A stretch of 64,000 bases of DNA, taken from contig CAMBVS010000008.1 in assembly GCA_945871425.1 (NCBI GenBank), forward strand, positions 18,325-82,324, read 5' to 3'. The notes under the pieces were generated by a model that saw only the letters and a list, made by a program, of their open reading frames with translations, was not told the origin of the DNA and ran no database searches. Position numbers and translations under genes: made by a program. This document shows positions 55,608 through 64,000 of the stretch, in pieces. Source of the DNA: Rhizobium sp. Q54. Its GTDB lineage: Bacteria > Pseudomonadota > Alphaproteobacteria > SHVZ01. Within the stretch, counting starts at the first letter, position 1, and each line of letters begins with the position of its first letter.

Positions 55608-56780
55608 TTACAGTTGCTTGTTGCGGAAATGTTTCGCGAGCCGGTCGAGCGCCGCGTCCAGAACCTCGTCCTTCTTGCAGAAACAGAAGCGGGCGAAGTC
55701 GCGGGGGCCGTCGGCGGTGAAGAAAGCGCTGACCGGCACCGCCGTCACCTTGGCTTCGACCGTTATGTGCCGGCAGAAGTCCTCGTCGTTGCCGTTGAAT
55801 CCCAACGGACGGAAGTCCGCAGTGATGAAATAGGTTCCCTGGCTCGGCAGCACGCCAAAGCCGATCTCGGCGAGACCGCGGGCGAAACGGTCGCGCTTGG
55901 CCTGCATGTCGCCGGCGAGATCGCGGTAGTAGCCGTCGCCGAGGTCGAGGCCGGCGGCGACCGCCCGCTGCAGATTGGGCGGGGTGGTGAAGACCAGGAA
56001 CTGGTGCGCCTTGGTGACGGCGCGCAGCAGCTCGGGCGCCGCGCTCACGTATCCCACCTTCCAGCCGGTGAGCGAGAAGGTCTTCCCGGCCGAGCCGATA
56101 CGAAGGCAGCGCTCGCGCATGCCGGGCAGGCCGATCAGCGGAATGAAGGGCGGCGCGTCGGAGAAGACGATGTGCTCGTAGACCTCGTCGCAGACGGCGA
56201 CGGCATCATGCTTCAGCATCAGGTCGGCAATGAGCTGGAGCTCGGCCCGGGTGAAACTCTTGGCCGCCGGGTTCAGCGGGTTGTTGAGGAGGACGAGCTT
56301 GGTGCGGTCGGAGAACGCCGCCCGCAACGCCGCCTCGTCCAGGCGCCACCCCGGCGGCGAGAGGCGCACCAGCTTCGGGATGCCGCCGGCGCGGCGGATG
56401 ATCGGCAGATAGGAATCGTAGAGCGGCTCGAACAGCACCACCTCGTCGCCCGGCTCGATCAGCCCGAAGAGGCAGGCCGCCAGCGCCTCGGTCGCGCCGG
56501 AGGTGACGATGACCTCGGTCTGCCAGTCGACGTCGAGGCCGTGGAAGCGCTTGTCGTGGCGGGCGACCGCCTGGCGCAACTCCGGCACGCCCATCATCGG
56601 CGGGTACTGGTTCGGCTTGTCGGCCAGCGCCGCCTGGGCCGCCGCCACGATCTCCGGCGGCCCGTTCCCGTCGGGGAAGCCCTGCCCGAGGTTGATCGAG
56701 CCGTGCTCGATGGCGAGGCGCGACATCACCTCGAAGACGGTCGTCCCGTAGCCGGACATTACGGAATTGGCGGGCTTCAC
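55608..56780 (-). CDS. Class I/II PLP-dependent aminotransferase (YbdL/kynurenine aminotransferase-like)
   Basis: The GSAGKTFSLTGWKVGY region carries the PLP lysine context. NLGQGFPD is present near the N-terminus. Confidence 0.88.
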   Translation of the reverse strand: MKPANSVMSGYGTTVFEVMSRLAIEHGSINLGQGFPDGNGPPEIVAAAQAALADKPNQYPPMMGVPELRQAVARHDKRFHGLDVDWQTEVIVTSGATEALAACLFGLIEPGDEVVLFEPLYDSYLPIIRRAGGIPKLVRLSPPGWRLDEAALRAAFSDRTKLVLLNNPLNPAAKSFTRAELQLIADLMLKHDAVAVCDEVYEHIVFSDAPPFIPLIGLPGMRERCLRIGSAGKTFSLTGWKVGYVSAAPELLRAVTKAHQFLVFTTPPNLQRAVAAGLDLGDGYYRDLAGDMQAKRDRFARGLAEIGFGVLPSQGTYFITADFRPLGFNGNDEDFCRHITVEAKVTAVPVSAFFTADGPRDFARFCFCKKDEVLDAALDRLAKHFRNKQL

Positions 56781-56875
56781 GGCAGGCTCAAGCGCAGTTG
56801 GAGGGGGCGGAGGTGTCTAGCACGCGGCAGGGTGCGGTTGAACCATCCACCGCGCCGCCGGCCAGGCGGGCCCGC

Positions 56876-57340
56876 CTAGCCCCGGGGCGGCTTCGAACGA
56901 ATCGCGTCGCGGATCTCCTCCAGCAGCACCTCGCTCCGGGGCGGCGGGGCCGGCGGCATCTCGGGCGCCACTTCTTCCTTCCGTTTGAAGCGGTTGATCG
57001 TCTTCACCACCCAGAAGATGGCGAAGGCGACGATGACGAACTGGATCATCGCATTGAGGAAGAGCCCGACGTTGAGGGTGACCGAGCCCGCCTTCTGGGC
57101 GGCCTCCAGCGTCGCCTCGGTCGGGCCCTTCAGCGTGATGAAGATGTTCGAGAAGTCGATGCCGCCGGCGAGGAGGCCGATGATCGGCGTGAAGATGTCC
57201 TTGACCAGGCTGGAGACGATCGAGGTGAAGGCGGCGCCGATGATGATGCCGACGGCGACGTCGACGACGTTGCCGCGGAGGATGAAGGCCTTGAACTCGT
57301 TGATCCAGCCTGGCGTCTGCACGGGAAAGGGCGGCTTCAT
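56876..57340 (-). CDS. mscL: Large-conductance mechanosensitive channel
   Basis: FKAFILRGNVVDVAVGIIIGAAF is the MscL signature. ATG 57340 follows an AAGGAG SD. The track ORF extends spuriously to 57598. Confidence 0.92.
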   Translation of the reverse strand: MKPPFPVQTPGWINEFKAFILRGNVVDVAVGIIIGAAFTSIVSSLVKDIFTPIIGLLAGGIDFSNIFITLKGPTEATLEAAQKAGSVTLNVGLFLNAMIQFVIVAFAIFWVVKTINRFKRKEEVAPEMPPAPPPRSEVLLEEIRDAIRSKPPRG

Positions 57341-57398
57341 GGGGGGCTCCTTGGGAACGGGCGATGGCAGGAAAGCGGGATTCCGGCCGTTCAGGCGA

Positions 57399-58313
57399 CT
57401 ACTCCACCCAGTCGAGCCCCATGCCCTTGAAGCGTTCGGGGTCGTCGATCCAGGTATCGCGCACCTTGACGAACAGGAAGAGATGCACGCGGCGGCCGAG
57501 CTGGGCCTCCAACACCTTGCGCGCCTGGGCGCCGATCGCCTTGACGGTGGCGCCGCCCTTGCCCAGCACGATCGACTTCTGGCTGGCCCGGCGGACATAG
57601 ATCACCTGCTGGATCTTGACCGAGCCATCCTTGAAGTCCTTCCAGCTCTCGGTCTCGACCATCAGGTCGTAGGGCACCTCGTCATGCAGGTTGAGAAACA
57701 GCTGCTCGCGGGTGACCTCGGCGGCGAGCAGGCGCTCCGACAGGTCCGAGAGATCGTCCTCGGCGAACAGCCACGGGCCCTCCGGCATCAGGCCGGCCAG
57801 GTGCTTCCGGAGGTCGGGGACGCCGTCGCCGGTCTCGGCCGAGATCATGAAGGTCTGGGTGAAGGGGAAGGCCTGGTTGAGCTGGGCGACGCGGGGCAGC
57901 AGCTCCGGGCGCTTGATCAGGTCGACCTTGTTGAGGGCGAGGATCGCCGGGCGCTTGGCCTCGGCGAGGCCTTCGAGGATGCGGCGCACGTCGTCGCCGA
58001 TGCCCTTCTTGGTGCCGTCGACCACCACCACGACCTGGTCGGCGTCGGCGGCGCCGGCCCAGGCGGAGGCGACCATGGCGCGCTCGAGCCGGCGCTTGGT
58101 CTTGGTGAAGATGCCGGGCGTGTCGACGAAGACGAGCTGGGTCTTGCCCTCGATCGCGATGCCGGTGATGCGGGTGCGCGTCGTCTGCACCTTCGGCGTC
58201 ACGATCGAGACCTTGGCCCCGACCATCTGGTTCAGCAACGTCGACTTGCCGGCGTTGGGCGCGCCGACCAGCGCCACGAAGCCGCAGCGCCGTCCGTCTT
58301 CCGTCTCAGCCAT
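57399..58313 (-). CDS. era: GTPase Era
   Basis: G1 motif GAPNAGKST, G3 motif DTPG, NKVD, and a KH-domain C-terminus. Confidence 0.93.
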   Translation of the reverse strand: MAETEDGRRCGFVALVGAPNAGKSTLLNQMVGAKVSIVTPKVQTTRTRITGIAIEGKTQLVFVDTPGIFTKTKRRLERAMVASAWAGAADADQVVVVVDGTKKGIGDDVRRILEGLAEAKRPAILALNKVDLIKRPELLPRVAQLNQAFPFTQTFMISAETGDGVPDLRKHLAGLMPEGPWLFAEDDLSDLSERLLAAEVTREQLFLNLHDEVPYDLMVETESWKDFKDGSVKIQQVIYVRRASQKSIVLGKGGATVKAIGAQARKVLEAQLGRRVHLFLFVKVRDTWIDDPERFKGMGLDWVE

Positions 58314-59019
58314 GCGCGTCGACCTTCGTCAGCAGAACGGCAGCGGCGGCCTGCTCGGCCTCGCGCTTGGAGCGGCCGGCACCGGACGCGGGGTCGTGAC
58401 CGTTGACGCTGACCTCGACGATGCGCCTGGGCGCATGCGCCGGCCCGCTCGCCTCGGTCTCCTTGTAGACCGGGAGCCCGAGGCCGCGGGCCTGGGCCCA
58501 TTCCTGGAGCCGGGTCTTGGCGTCTCTCGGCGGCGTGATGTCGGCGTCGATCAGTTCGCCCCACTTGGCGGTGACGAAGCTGCGCGCGACCTCGAGGCCG
58601 CCGTCGAGGTAGAGCGCGGCGATCACCGCCTCCATCGCATCGGCCAGCACGGCCTCGTTGCCGCGCGATCCCGCCTCGTCCTCCCCCTTGGAGAGCCGGA
58701 TCGCGGCGCCGAGGTCGACGCGTCTCGCCACATGGACCAGGGCCGCACGGCTGACCAGGAGCGCGTGACGCTTGGCGATGTCGCCTTCGCGTTCCTTCGG
58801 GAACCGATCGAGCAGGGTGTCGGCGACGATCAGGCCGAGCACGCGGTCGCCGAGGAATTCCAGCCGCTCGTAGCCGCGGCCGCGGCGCCTGGTGGCGCTG
58901 GCATGGGTGAGCGCTTCGTCGAGCAGCTCGGGCCTGGCGAAGGCGTGGCCGAGGACCTCGGCGAGGCGCCTCAGACGATGCCCCGGAACATCCGGGCGAT
59001 ACGGATGGCGAAGGGCCAC
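58306..59019 (-). CDS. rnc: Ribonuclease III
   Basis: The RNase III signature ERLEFLGDRVL and a dsRBD C-terminus are present. No ATG lies near the N-terminus. GTG 59019, which overlaps the lepB 3' end by 49 nt, is the nearest canonical start, so the start is uncertain. Confidence 0.85.
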   Translation of the reverse strand: MALRHPYRPDVPGHRLRRLAEVLGHAFARPELLDEALTHASATRRRGRGYERLEFLGDRVLGLIVADTLLDRFPKEREGDIAKRHALLVSRAALVHVARRVDLGAAIRLSKGEDEAGSRGNEAVLADAMEAVIAALYLDGGLEVARSFVTAKWGELIDADITPPRDAKTRLQEWAQARGLGLPVYKETEASGPAHAPRRIVEVSVNGHDPASGAGRSKREAEQAAAAVLLTKVDAHG

Positions 59020-59720
59020 TTCCAGACTTCCCAGATCCGGGCCTCGCCGTTGGTCGAGAAGAAGGTGACCTCGGCGCGGCCGACCAGATTGGCGGCGGGA
59101 ACGAAGCCGACGCCGGAGAGGACGCGGCTGTCGAGCGAGTTGTCGCGGTTGTCGCCCATGGCGAAGTAGTGGCCGGCGGGGACGACATAGACCGGCGTGT
59201 TGTCCAGCGGCCCATCGTCGGAGACCTCGATGATGCGGTGCTGGCGCCCGCCTGGCAGGGTCTCGACGTATTGCGCGTAGCGCTGGGTGGCGCGGCCGGA
59301 GCCCTCGAGGACGTCCTCGACCCGCTCGCGCCTGACCGGCACGCCGTTGATCTGGAGGACGCCACCGGTGACCTGGATGCGGTCGCCGGGAAGGCCGACG
59401 ATGCGCTTGATGTAATCGGTCGAGTTGTCCCGGGGCAGCTTGAAGACGGCGACGTCGCCGCGCTCGGGCTCGCGGAAGAGGACGCGGCCGGGGATCAGCG
59501 GCAGGCCGAAGGGCAGCGAGTAGCGGCTGTAGCCGTAGGAGAACTTGCTGACGAACAGGTAGTCGCCGACGAGAAGCGTCGGAATCATCGAGCCGGAGGG
59601 GATGTTGAAGGGCTCGACGGCGGCGGTACGGATCACGAGGGCGATGCCGATCGCGTACAGCACCGTCTTGATCGTGTCCCAGACGGTGCCGGTCTTCTTC
59701 GTCGACGTGGTCAGAGTCAT
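58971..59720 (-). CDS. lepB: Signal peptidase I
   Basis: SGSMIPTL catalytic Ser box, plus the GDNRDNSLDSR box. Confidence 0.92.
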   Translation of the reverse strand: MTLTTSTKKTGTVWDTIKTVLYAIGIALVIRTAAVEPFNIPSGSMIPTLLVGDYLFVSKFSYGYSRYSLPFGLPLIPGRVLFREPERGDVAVFKLPRDNSTDYIKRIVGLPGDRIQVTGGVLQINGVPVRRERVEDVLEGSGRATQRYAQYVETLPGGRQHRIIEVSDDGPLDNTPVYVVPAGHYFAMGDNRDNSLDSRVLSGVGFVPAANLVGRAEVTFFSTNGEARIWEVWKWPFAIRIARMFRGIV

Positions 59721-59780
59721 TGCTCGCCGCTCGGGGGAGGTCGTCGGCAGGGTATGCCAGACCCGCCCCTCCCCGGCAAG

Positions 59781-60983
59781 CTACGCTTGGATTCGTTCCA
59801 GTTTCGGCACCGGCGATGCCAGCAGCGGAACCAGGCAGAGCGCCAATCCCACGCCCGCCAGTCCGACCCCCATGTACAGCCCCAGCACCTCGCCGGCGAT
59901 CCCGCCCAGCACCGCGCCGACCGGCCGGAAGCCCCAGGTGAGCCATCGAAGGCTGGCATTGACCCTGCCCAGCAGGTGGGGCGGGGTCACGCTCTGCCGC
60001 AGGCTGGTCTGGGTGACGCTGAAGATGATCGGCCCGAAGCCGAAGAGAAACCTGCCAGCGACCAGCAAGGGGATCGCCGTTGCCGGGGTCGCCGCCAGGA
60101 TCAAAGCAATACCGACTACGCCGATCGCCGGCCCGAGGACGATCGACCGGCCGATGCCGATCCGCCGTGCGATCGCCGGCGCCGCGAGCGCGCCCAGCAC
60201 CATGCCGACGCCATCGACGGCGAAGACCAGGCCGATCTCGGCCGCAGAGAGCCCGAGGTCGCGCGCGAGATACAGCACCAGGAGCGCGCTCATGGCGAAC
60301 AGGGCGATATTCCAGGTGAGCGAGCAGAAGGCGAGCGCCCGCAGGCTGGGCTCTCCGAGCAGGAACCGCATCCCCTCCACGAGGTCGCCGATGAAGCTCC
60401 GGTGGACGGGCGATGCCGCGGGTGCCGCAGGCTTCGAGATGGCCCAAGCGAAGGCGGCGGAGGCGAGGTCGGCAAGTCCGCACGCCAGCACGGCCAGCGC
60501 CGGACCGATAGCGCCCGCCAGCAGACCGGCGAGACCGGGACCGCCGGTGGCCGCGGCGGCCCGCCCGATCTCGAAGCGGCTGTTGGCCTGGATCAGGCGG
60601 TCGCGCTCGACCAGCGCCGGGATCGCCGACTGGCTGGCGACGTCGAAGAAGACCATGCCGATGCCGGCCAGCACCGCGCTCGCCATCAGGAGCGGGAGGG
60701 TGAGGAAGCCCAGCAGCGCCGCGACGGGCACCGCCAGCAACGCCGAAGCCCGGAGGAGACTGCCGGCCAGCATCACCGAGCGACGCGGTAGCCGATCGAT
60801 CCAGACGCCGGCGGGCAGGCCGAAAAGGAAGAACGGGATCGTTGCCGCCACGGTCAGCCATCCCATCTCGACCGGGCCGGCACCGAGGACGAGGACCGCG
60901 ATCAGCGGCAGGGCCAGCAGCGCGACCTGGTCGCCGAACTGCGTTCCCGCAAAAGCGGCCAGGAGCTTGGTGAAGTCGGTCAT
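59781..60983 (-). CDS. MFS transporter (EntS/MFS_3-like)
   Basis: About 12 TM helices and the motif WIDRLPRR after TM2. Confidence 0.85.
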   Translation of the reverse strand: MTDFTKLLAAFAGTQFGDQVALLALPLIAVLVLGAGPVEMGWLTVAATIPFFLFGLPAGVWIDRLPRRSVMLAGSLLRASALLAVPVAALLGFLTLPLLMASAVLAGIGMVFFDVASQSAIPALVERDRLIQANSRFEIGRAAAATGGPGLAGLLAGAIGPALAVLACGLADLASAAFAWAISKPAAPAASPVHRSFIGDLVEGMRFLLGEPSLRALAFCSLTWNIALFAMSALLVLYLARDLGLSAAEIGLVFAVDGVGMVLGALAAPAIARRIGIGRSIVLGPAIGVVGIALILAATPATAIPLLVAGRFLFGFGPIIFSVTQTSLRQSVTPPHLLGRVNASLRWLTWGFRPVGAVLGGIAGEVLGLYMGVGLAGVGLALCLVPLLASPVPKLERIQA

Positions 60984-61035
60984 GATGTTGTTGTGCGCCA
61001 GCTGGACCGCGTTCTCTTCCCGAGAATTGCGTTGA

Positions 61036-61168
61036 AACCCTCTCCAGGGAGAGGGTGGCGAGCGAAGCGAAGCCGGGTGAGGGGCACCGTCGGCGGAGTA
61101 CGCTCGGTGGGCGCTTCGCCTCGCCCCCTCTCCTCCTTCGCCCCCTCTCCTCCAAGGAGAGGGTTTTC
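61036..61168. repeat. GC-rich intergenic repeat (REP/MITE-like), copy B, bounded by inverted AAACCCTCTCC / GGAGAGGGTTT ends
   Basis: The left hairpin is CCCTCTCC-ag-GGAGAGGG. The core is GAGAGGGTGGCG-N12-CCGGGTGAGGGGCA. A tandem 16-nt repeat TCGCCCCCTCTCCTCC occurs twice (61121..61153). The right hairpin is CCCTCTCC-tccaa-GGAGAGGG followed by TTTT. Confidence 0.65.
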
Positions 61169-61172
61169 GACT

Positions 61173-61604
61173 TCAGTCCCTGTCCGGCGTCTTCGGTTCC
61201 GGCTCGATCCTCGGCACCACGGTGATGATCACTGTCGCCTGGGCGATCGGCGGCTCGTCGGTAAGAGATACGTCGATGCGGACCTCCATGCCGGGCGGCG
61301 TGATCTGGGCCAGCCGCTGGGCTGCCCCGCCCGTCAGCTTCATCGTCGGCCGGCCGGACGGATCGTTGACCACGCCCATGTCGCGCCAGAAGACGCCGCG
61401 GCGGAACCCCGTCCCCAGCGCCTTCGAGCAGGCTTCCTTGGCGGCGAAGCGCCGGGCGTAGCTCGCCGCCCGGTTCGCCCGCGGGTCGGATTTCGCCTGC
61501 TCGAGCGGCGTGAAGATGCGGTCGAGGAACCGCTCGCCGAAGCGCTCGATCGTCGCCTCGATCCGGTCGATGTCGATCAGGTCGGTGCCGAGCCCGATGA
61601 TCAC
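61173..61604 (-). CDS. acpS: Holo-[acyl-carrier-protein] synthase
   Basis: [15 protein letters not shown] and [12 protein letters not shown] motifs. A GTG start overlaps the pdxJ stop (GTGA). Confidence 0.88.
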   Translation of the reverse strand: MIIGLGTDLIDIDRIEATIERFGERFLDRIFTPLEQAKSDPRANRAASYARRFAAKEACSKALGTGFRRGVFWRDMGVVNDPSGRPTMKLTGGAAQRLAQITPPGMEVRIDVSLTDEPPIAQATVIITVVPRIEPEPKTPDRD

Positions 61605-62356
61605 GCGGTCTCGGTCCCGGCGACGCCGGCCCTGGCCCGGTCCATCAGCGAGCGCATGCGGCGGATGGCGGAATCGAGGCCGGAGAAGATCGCCTCGCCG
61701 ATCAGGAAATGGCCGATGTTGAGCTCGACCACGCTCGGAATGGCGGCGATCGGCGCCACCGTGTCGAAGGTGAGGCCGTGGCCGGCGTGGCATTCCAGAC
61801 CGATCGCCTCCGCATGCGCCGCCGCCGCGACGATGCGGGCGAGCTGGCGGTCGCGGTCAGCGCCCTCGTGCTCGCAATAGGCGCCGGTGTGGAGTTCGAC
61901 CACCGCAGCTCCCAAGCGCTTGGCCGCATCGAGTTGCGCGGGATCGGCCTCGATGAACAGCGACACGCGGCTTCCCGCATAGTTCAGCTTCTGCACGACG
62001 GGGTGGAGGTGGTCGAACAGGCGGACGGCGTCGAGCCCGCCTTCGGTCGTCACCTCGGTCCGCTTCTCCGGCACCAGGCAGCAGGCATGCGGCTTGTGGC
62101 GGAGCGCGATGCCGACCATCTCGTCTGTCGCCGCCATCTCGAAGTTCAGCGGCCGGTCGATGTCGCGGACCAGGCGCGCGATGTCGTCATCGGAGATGTG
62201 GCGGCGATCCTCGCGAAGATGCGCGGTGATGCCGTCGGCCCCGGCCTTGACCGCCAGGCGCGCAGCGCGGACGGGATCGGGGTGCCGGCCGCCGCGGGCG
62301 TTCCGGATGGTGGCGACGTGATCGATGTTGACGCCAAGACGGAGGGGACGAGGCAT
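61601..62356 (-). CDS. pdxJ: Pyridoxine 5'-phosphate synthase
   Basis: [26 protein letters not shown] and [10 protein letters not shown] motifs. ATG 62356 follows a GAGGAGG SD. Confidence 0.92.
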   Translation of the reverse strand: MPRPLRLGVNIDHVATIRNARGGRHPDPVRAARLAVKAGADGITAHLREDRRHISDDDIARLVRDIDRPLNFEMAATDEMVGIALRHKPHACCLVPEKRTEVTTEGGLDAVRLFDHLHPVVQKLNYAGSRVSLFIEADPAQLDAAKRLGAAVVELHTGAYCEHEGADRDRQLARIVAAAAHAEAIGLECHAGHGLTFDTVAPIAAIPSVVELNIGHFLIGEAIFSGLDSAIRRMRSLMDRARAGVAGTETA

Positions 62357-62396
62357 CGGAGGGGCCTCCTCGGGTTTGGGGGCCTTAAGCTTACCT

Positions 62397-64000
62397 CTAA
62401 CCGCGGGCGCGCTCGACCGAGTTGATGACGGGAGCGGCACGCAGCGCGGCGACGATGTTGGTGAGGTGGCGCACGCTCGCGACCTCGATGTCGATCAGCA
62501 TGTCGAAGAAATCGGCGGAACGGTTGGTGAACTTCAGATTGGTGATGTTGCCCTGGTTCTTGCCGATGATCGTCGTCAGGCTGCCGAGGCTGCCGGGCTC
62601 GTTGGTGAGCGTGACGCTGAGCCGGCCGACATGCCGTTCGGGATCGTTGTCGCCGACGTCCCAGCCGACGTCGAGCCAGCGCTCGGGCGTATCGTTGAAC
62701 TGCTCCAGGGTCTCGCAGTCGATGGTGTGGATGGTCACCCCCTTGCCGGTGGTGACGATGCCGACGATGCGGTCGCCCGGAAGCGGATGGCAGCAGCGGG
62801 CGAAGTGGACGGCCATGCCGTTGATCAGGCCGCGGATCGGGACCCGGTGCTCGTTGCCGGCCTTGGCGGCGCGGCTGCGGATCGGAACCACCTTCCCCGA
62901 CTCCTGGACCTTCTGCTTGAGGCCCGGGAAGATCGCGTGCAGGACCTCGCGCTCGGACTTCAGCCCCTCGCCGACGGCGGCGTAGATGTCCTCCGCCGTC
63001 TCTGCATCGAAAGTCTGAAGAACACCGCCGAAAGCCTTGTCTGAGAACGTATATCCTTCCTGCCTAAAGGCCTTCTGCAGGATCGCCTTGCCGAGCTCGG
63101 AAAACTCCGCCCGCTTCTTCAGGCGGACGAAGCGGCGGATCCGGGCCTTGGCCTTGCCGGTGACCACGAACTGCTCCCAGGTCGGCGACGGCGTCTGGGT
63201 CTTGGAGGTGGCGATCTCGACCTGATCGCCGTTGTTGAGGCGGGTCCTGAGCGGCACCAGGCGCCCGTTGATCTTGGAGCCGACGCAGGTATCGCCGATA
63301 TGGCTGTGGACGGCATAGGCGAAGTCGACCGGGGTCGCGCCCCGGGGCAACGCGATCAGGTCGCCCTTGGGCGTGAAGCAGAACACCTGGTCCTGGAACA
63401 TCTCGAGCTTGGTGTGCTCGAGGAACTCCTCAGGCCCGGCCGCGTGCTCCAGGATGTCCAGGAGCTCGCGAAGCCAGCGGTACTGTCGGCCGTGCTTGGC
63501 CTCGGCCGAGTCCTGCTTGTAGACCCAGTGAGCGGCGACGCCGAGCTCGGCCACGTCGTGCATGTCGCGGGTGCGGATCTGCAGCTCGATGCGCTGGCGC
63601 TCGGGCCCGATGACGCCGGTGTGGATCGAACGGTAGCCGTTCGGCTTCGGGGTCGAGATGTAGTCCTTGAAACGGCCGGGCACGACCGGATATGCGGCGT
63701 GCAGCAAACCGAGGGCCTGGTAGCAGTGGTCGACCCGGTCGACGACGATGCGGAAGGCCATGATGTCGGAGAGCTGCTCGAAGCCGACGTTCTTCCGCTG
63801 CATCTTCCGCCAGATCGAGTACGGCGTCTTCTCGCGGCCCGAGATCCAGGCTTCGACCCCGCCGTCCCGAAGGGTCTCCTTCAGCTCGGAGATGATGCCT
63901 TCGACGAGGTTCGCTCCCTTGTCGCGGAGAAAGGAGAGCCTGGCCGTCACGCTGTCGCGGGCATCCTTGTTGATCTCGGCGAAGGCCAGGTCATCGAGCT
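62397..64000 (-). CDS. spoT: Bifunctional (p)ppGpp synthetase/hydrolase (RelA/SpoT homolog), N-terminus outside the window
   Basis: A RelA_SpoT synthetase region ([19 protein letters not shown]), a TGS domain and an ACT-like C-terminus are present. The frame stays open to base 64000. Confidence 0.9.
   Translation of the reverse strand, partial: LDDLAFAEINKDARDSVTARLSFLRDKGANLVEGIISELKETLRDGGVEAWISGREKTPYSIWRKMQRKNVGFEQLSDIMAFRIVVDRVDHCYQALGLLHAAYPVVPGRFKDYISTPKPNGYRSIHTGVIGPERQRIELQIRTRDMHDVAELGVAAHWVYKQDSAEAKHGRQYRWLRELLDILEHAAGPEEFLEHTKLEMFQDQVFCFTPKGDLIALPRGATPVDFAYAVHSHIGDTCVGSKINGRLVPLRTRLNNGDQVEIATSKTQTPSPTWEQFVVTGKAKARIRRFVRLKKRAEFSELGKAILQKAFRQEGYTFSDKAFGGVLQTFDAETAEDIYAAVGEGLKSEREVLHAIFPGLKQKVQESGKVVPIRSRAAKAGNEHRVPIRGLINGMAVHFARCCHPLPGDRIVGIVTTGKGVTIHTIDCETLEQFNDTPERWLDVGWDVGDNDPERHVGRLSVTLTNEPGSLGSLTTIIGKNQGNITNLKFTNRSADFFDMLIDIEVASVRHLTNIVAALRAAPVINSVERARG

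Noticed and set aside
58306-61155. 949-aa minus-strand ORF spanning rnc, lepB, the MFS gene and the repeat element
   Set aside because: Only its last 237 codons or so are RNase III. The rest is Arg/Gly/Pro-rich off-frame read-through, typical of high-G+C DNA. It overlaps well-supported lepB and MFS reading frames.
1-64000. CRISPR arrays, rRNA and tRNA genes
   Set aside because: By-eye scanning of the intergenic regions found no regularly spaced direct repeats. No rRNA or tRNA-like sequences were found either.

Overview
The window is a high-G+C chromosomal segment that looks alphaproteobacterial (Rhizobiales-like) by gene content. This is inferred from the translated ORFs only; no search was run. 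Most of it is ordinary core or metabolic DNA:
- a sugar ABC permease pair, folE, and fdhD/moaA/nadK/cfa;
- a Dpp/Opp-type peptide ABC system with two substrate-binding proteins (SBPs) and a DmpA-like peptidase;
- the cluster spoT(rsh)-pdxJ-acpS-[MFS]-lepB-rnc-era-mscL.

Many long ORFs in the track are off-frame or antisense artefacts of the G+C content and were not called.

Observations worth a second look:
1. A locus-restricted, unclassified conserved element of about 66 nt (about 130 nt between two of the copies) occurs three times. Each copy lies in the leader of one of three consecutive minus-strand genes: a PstS-like SBP (followed by an MCP), cytochrome b561, and a CxxCH lipoprotein. These genes sit directly downstream of a cobalamin-riboswitch-controlled btuB-like TonB receptor. 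Each copy contains a fixed-length 12-nt variable window that can also be read as an 8-codon mini-ORF.
2. A low-G+C islet of about 1.1 kb carries one orphan gene with a HEPN-like RNxxAH motif and a C-terminal HTH.
3. An insertion of about 4.3 kb, made of an IS1380-family element (4-bp CTAG duplication) and a lower-G+C FG-GAP/VCBS secreted protein, separates the SBP genes of the peptide ABC system from their permease and ATPase genes.
4. Two citrate-synthase-like paralogs are divergently arranged, one fused to an N-terminal MerR/excisionase-type HTH, with a perfect 10-bp palindrome between them.
5. A tightly packed FecR-like / CHASE2-cyclase / M48-protease cluster.

No CRISPR array, rRNA or tRNA was seen.
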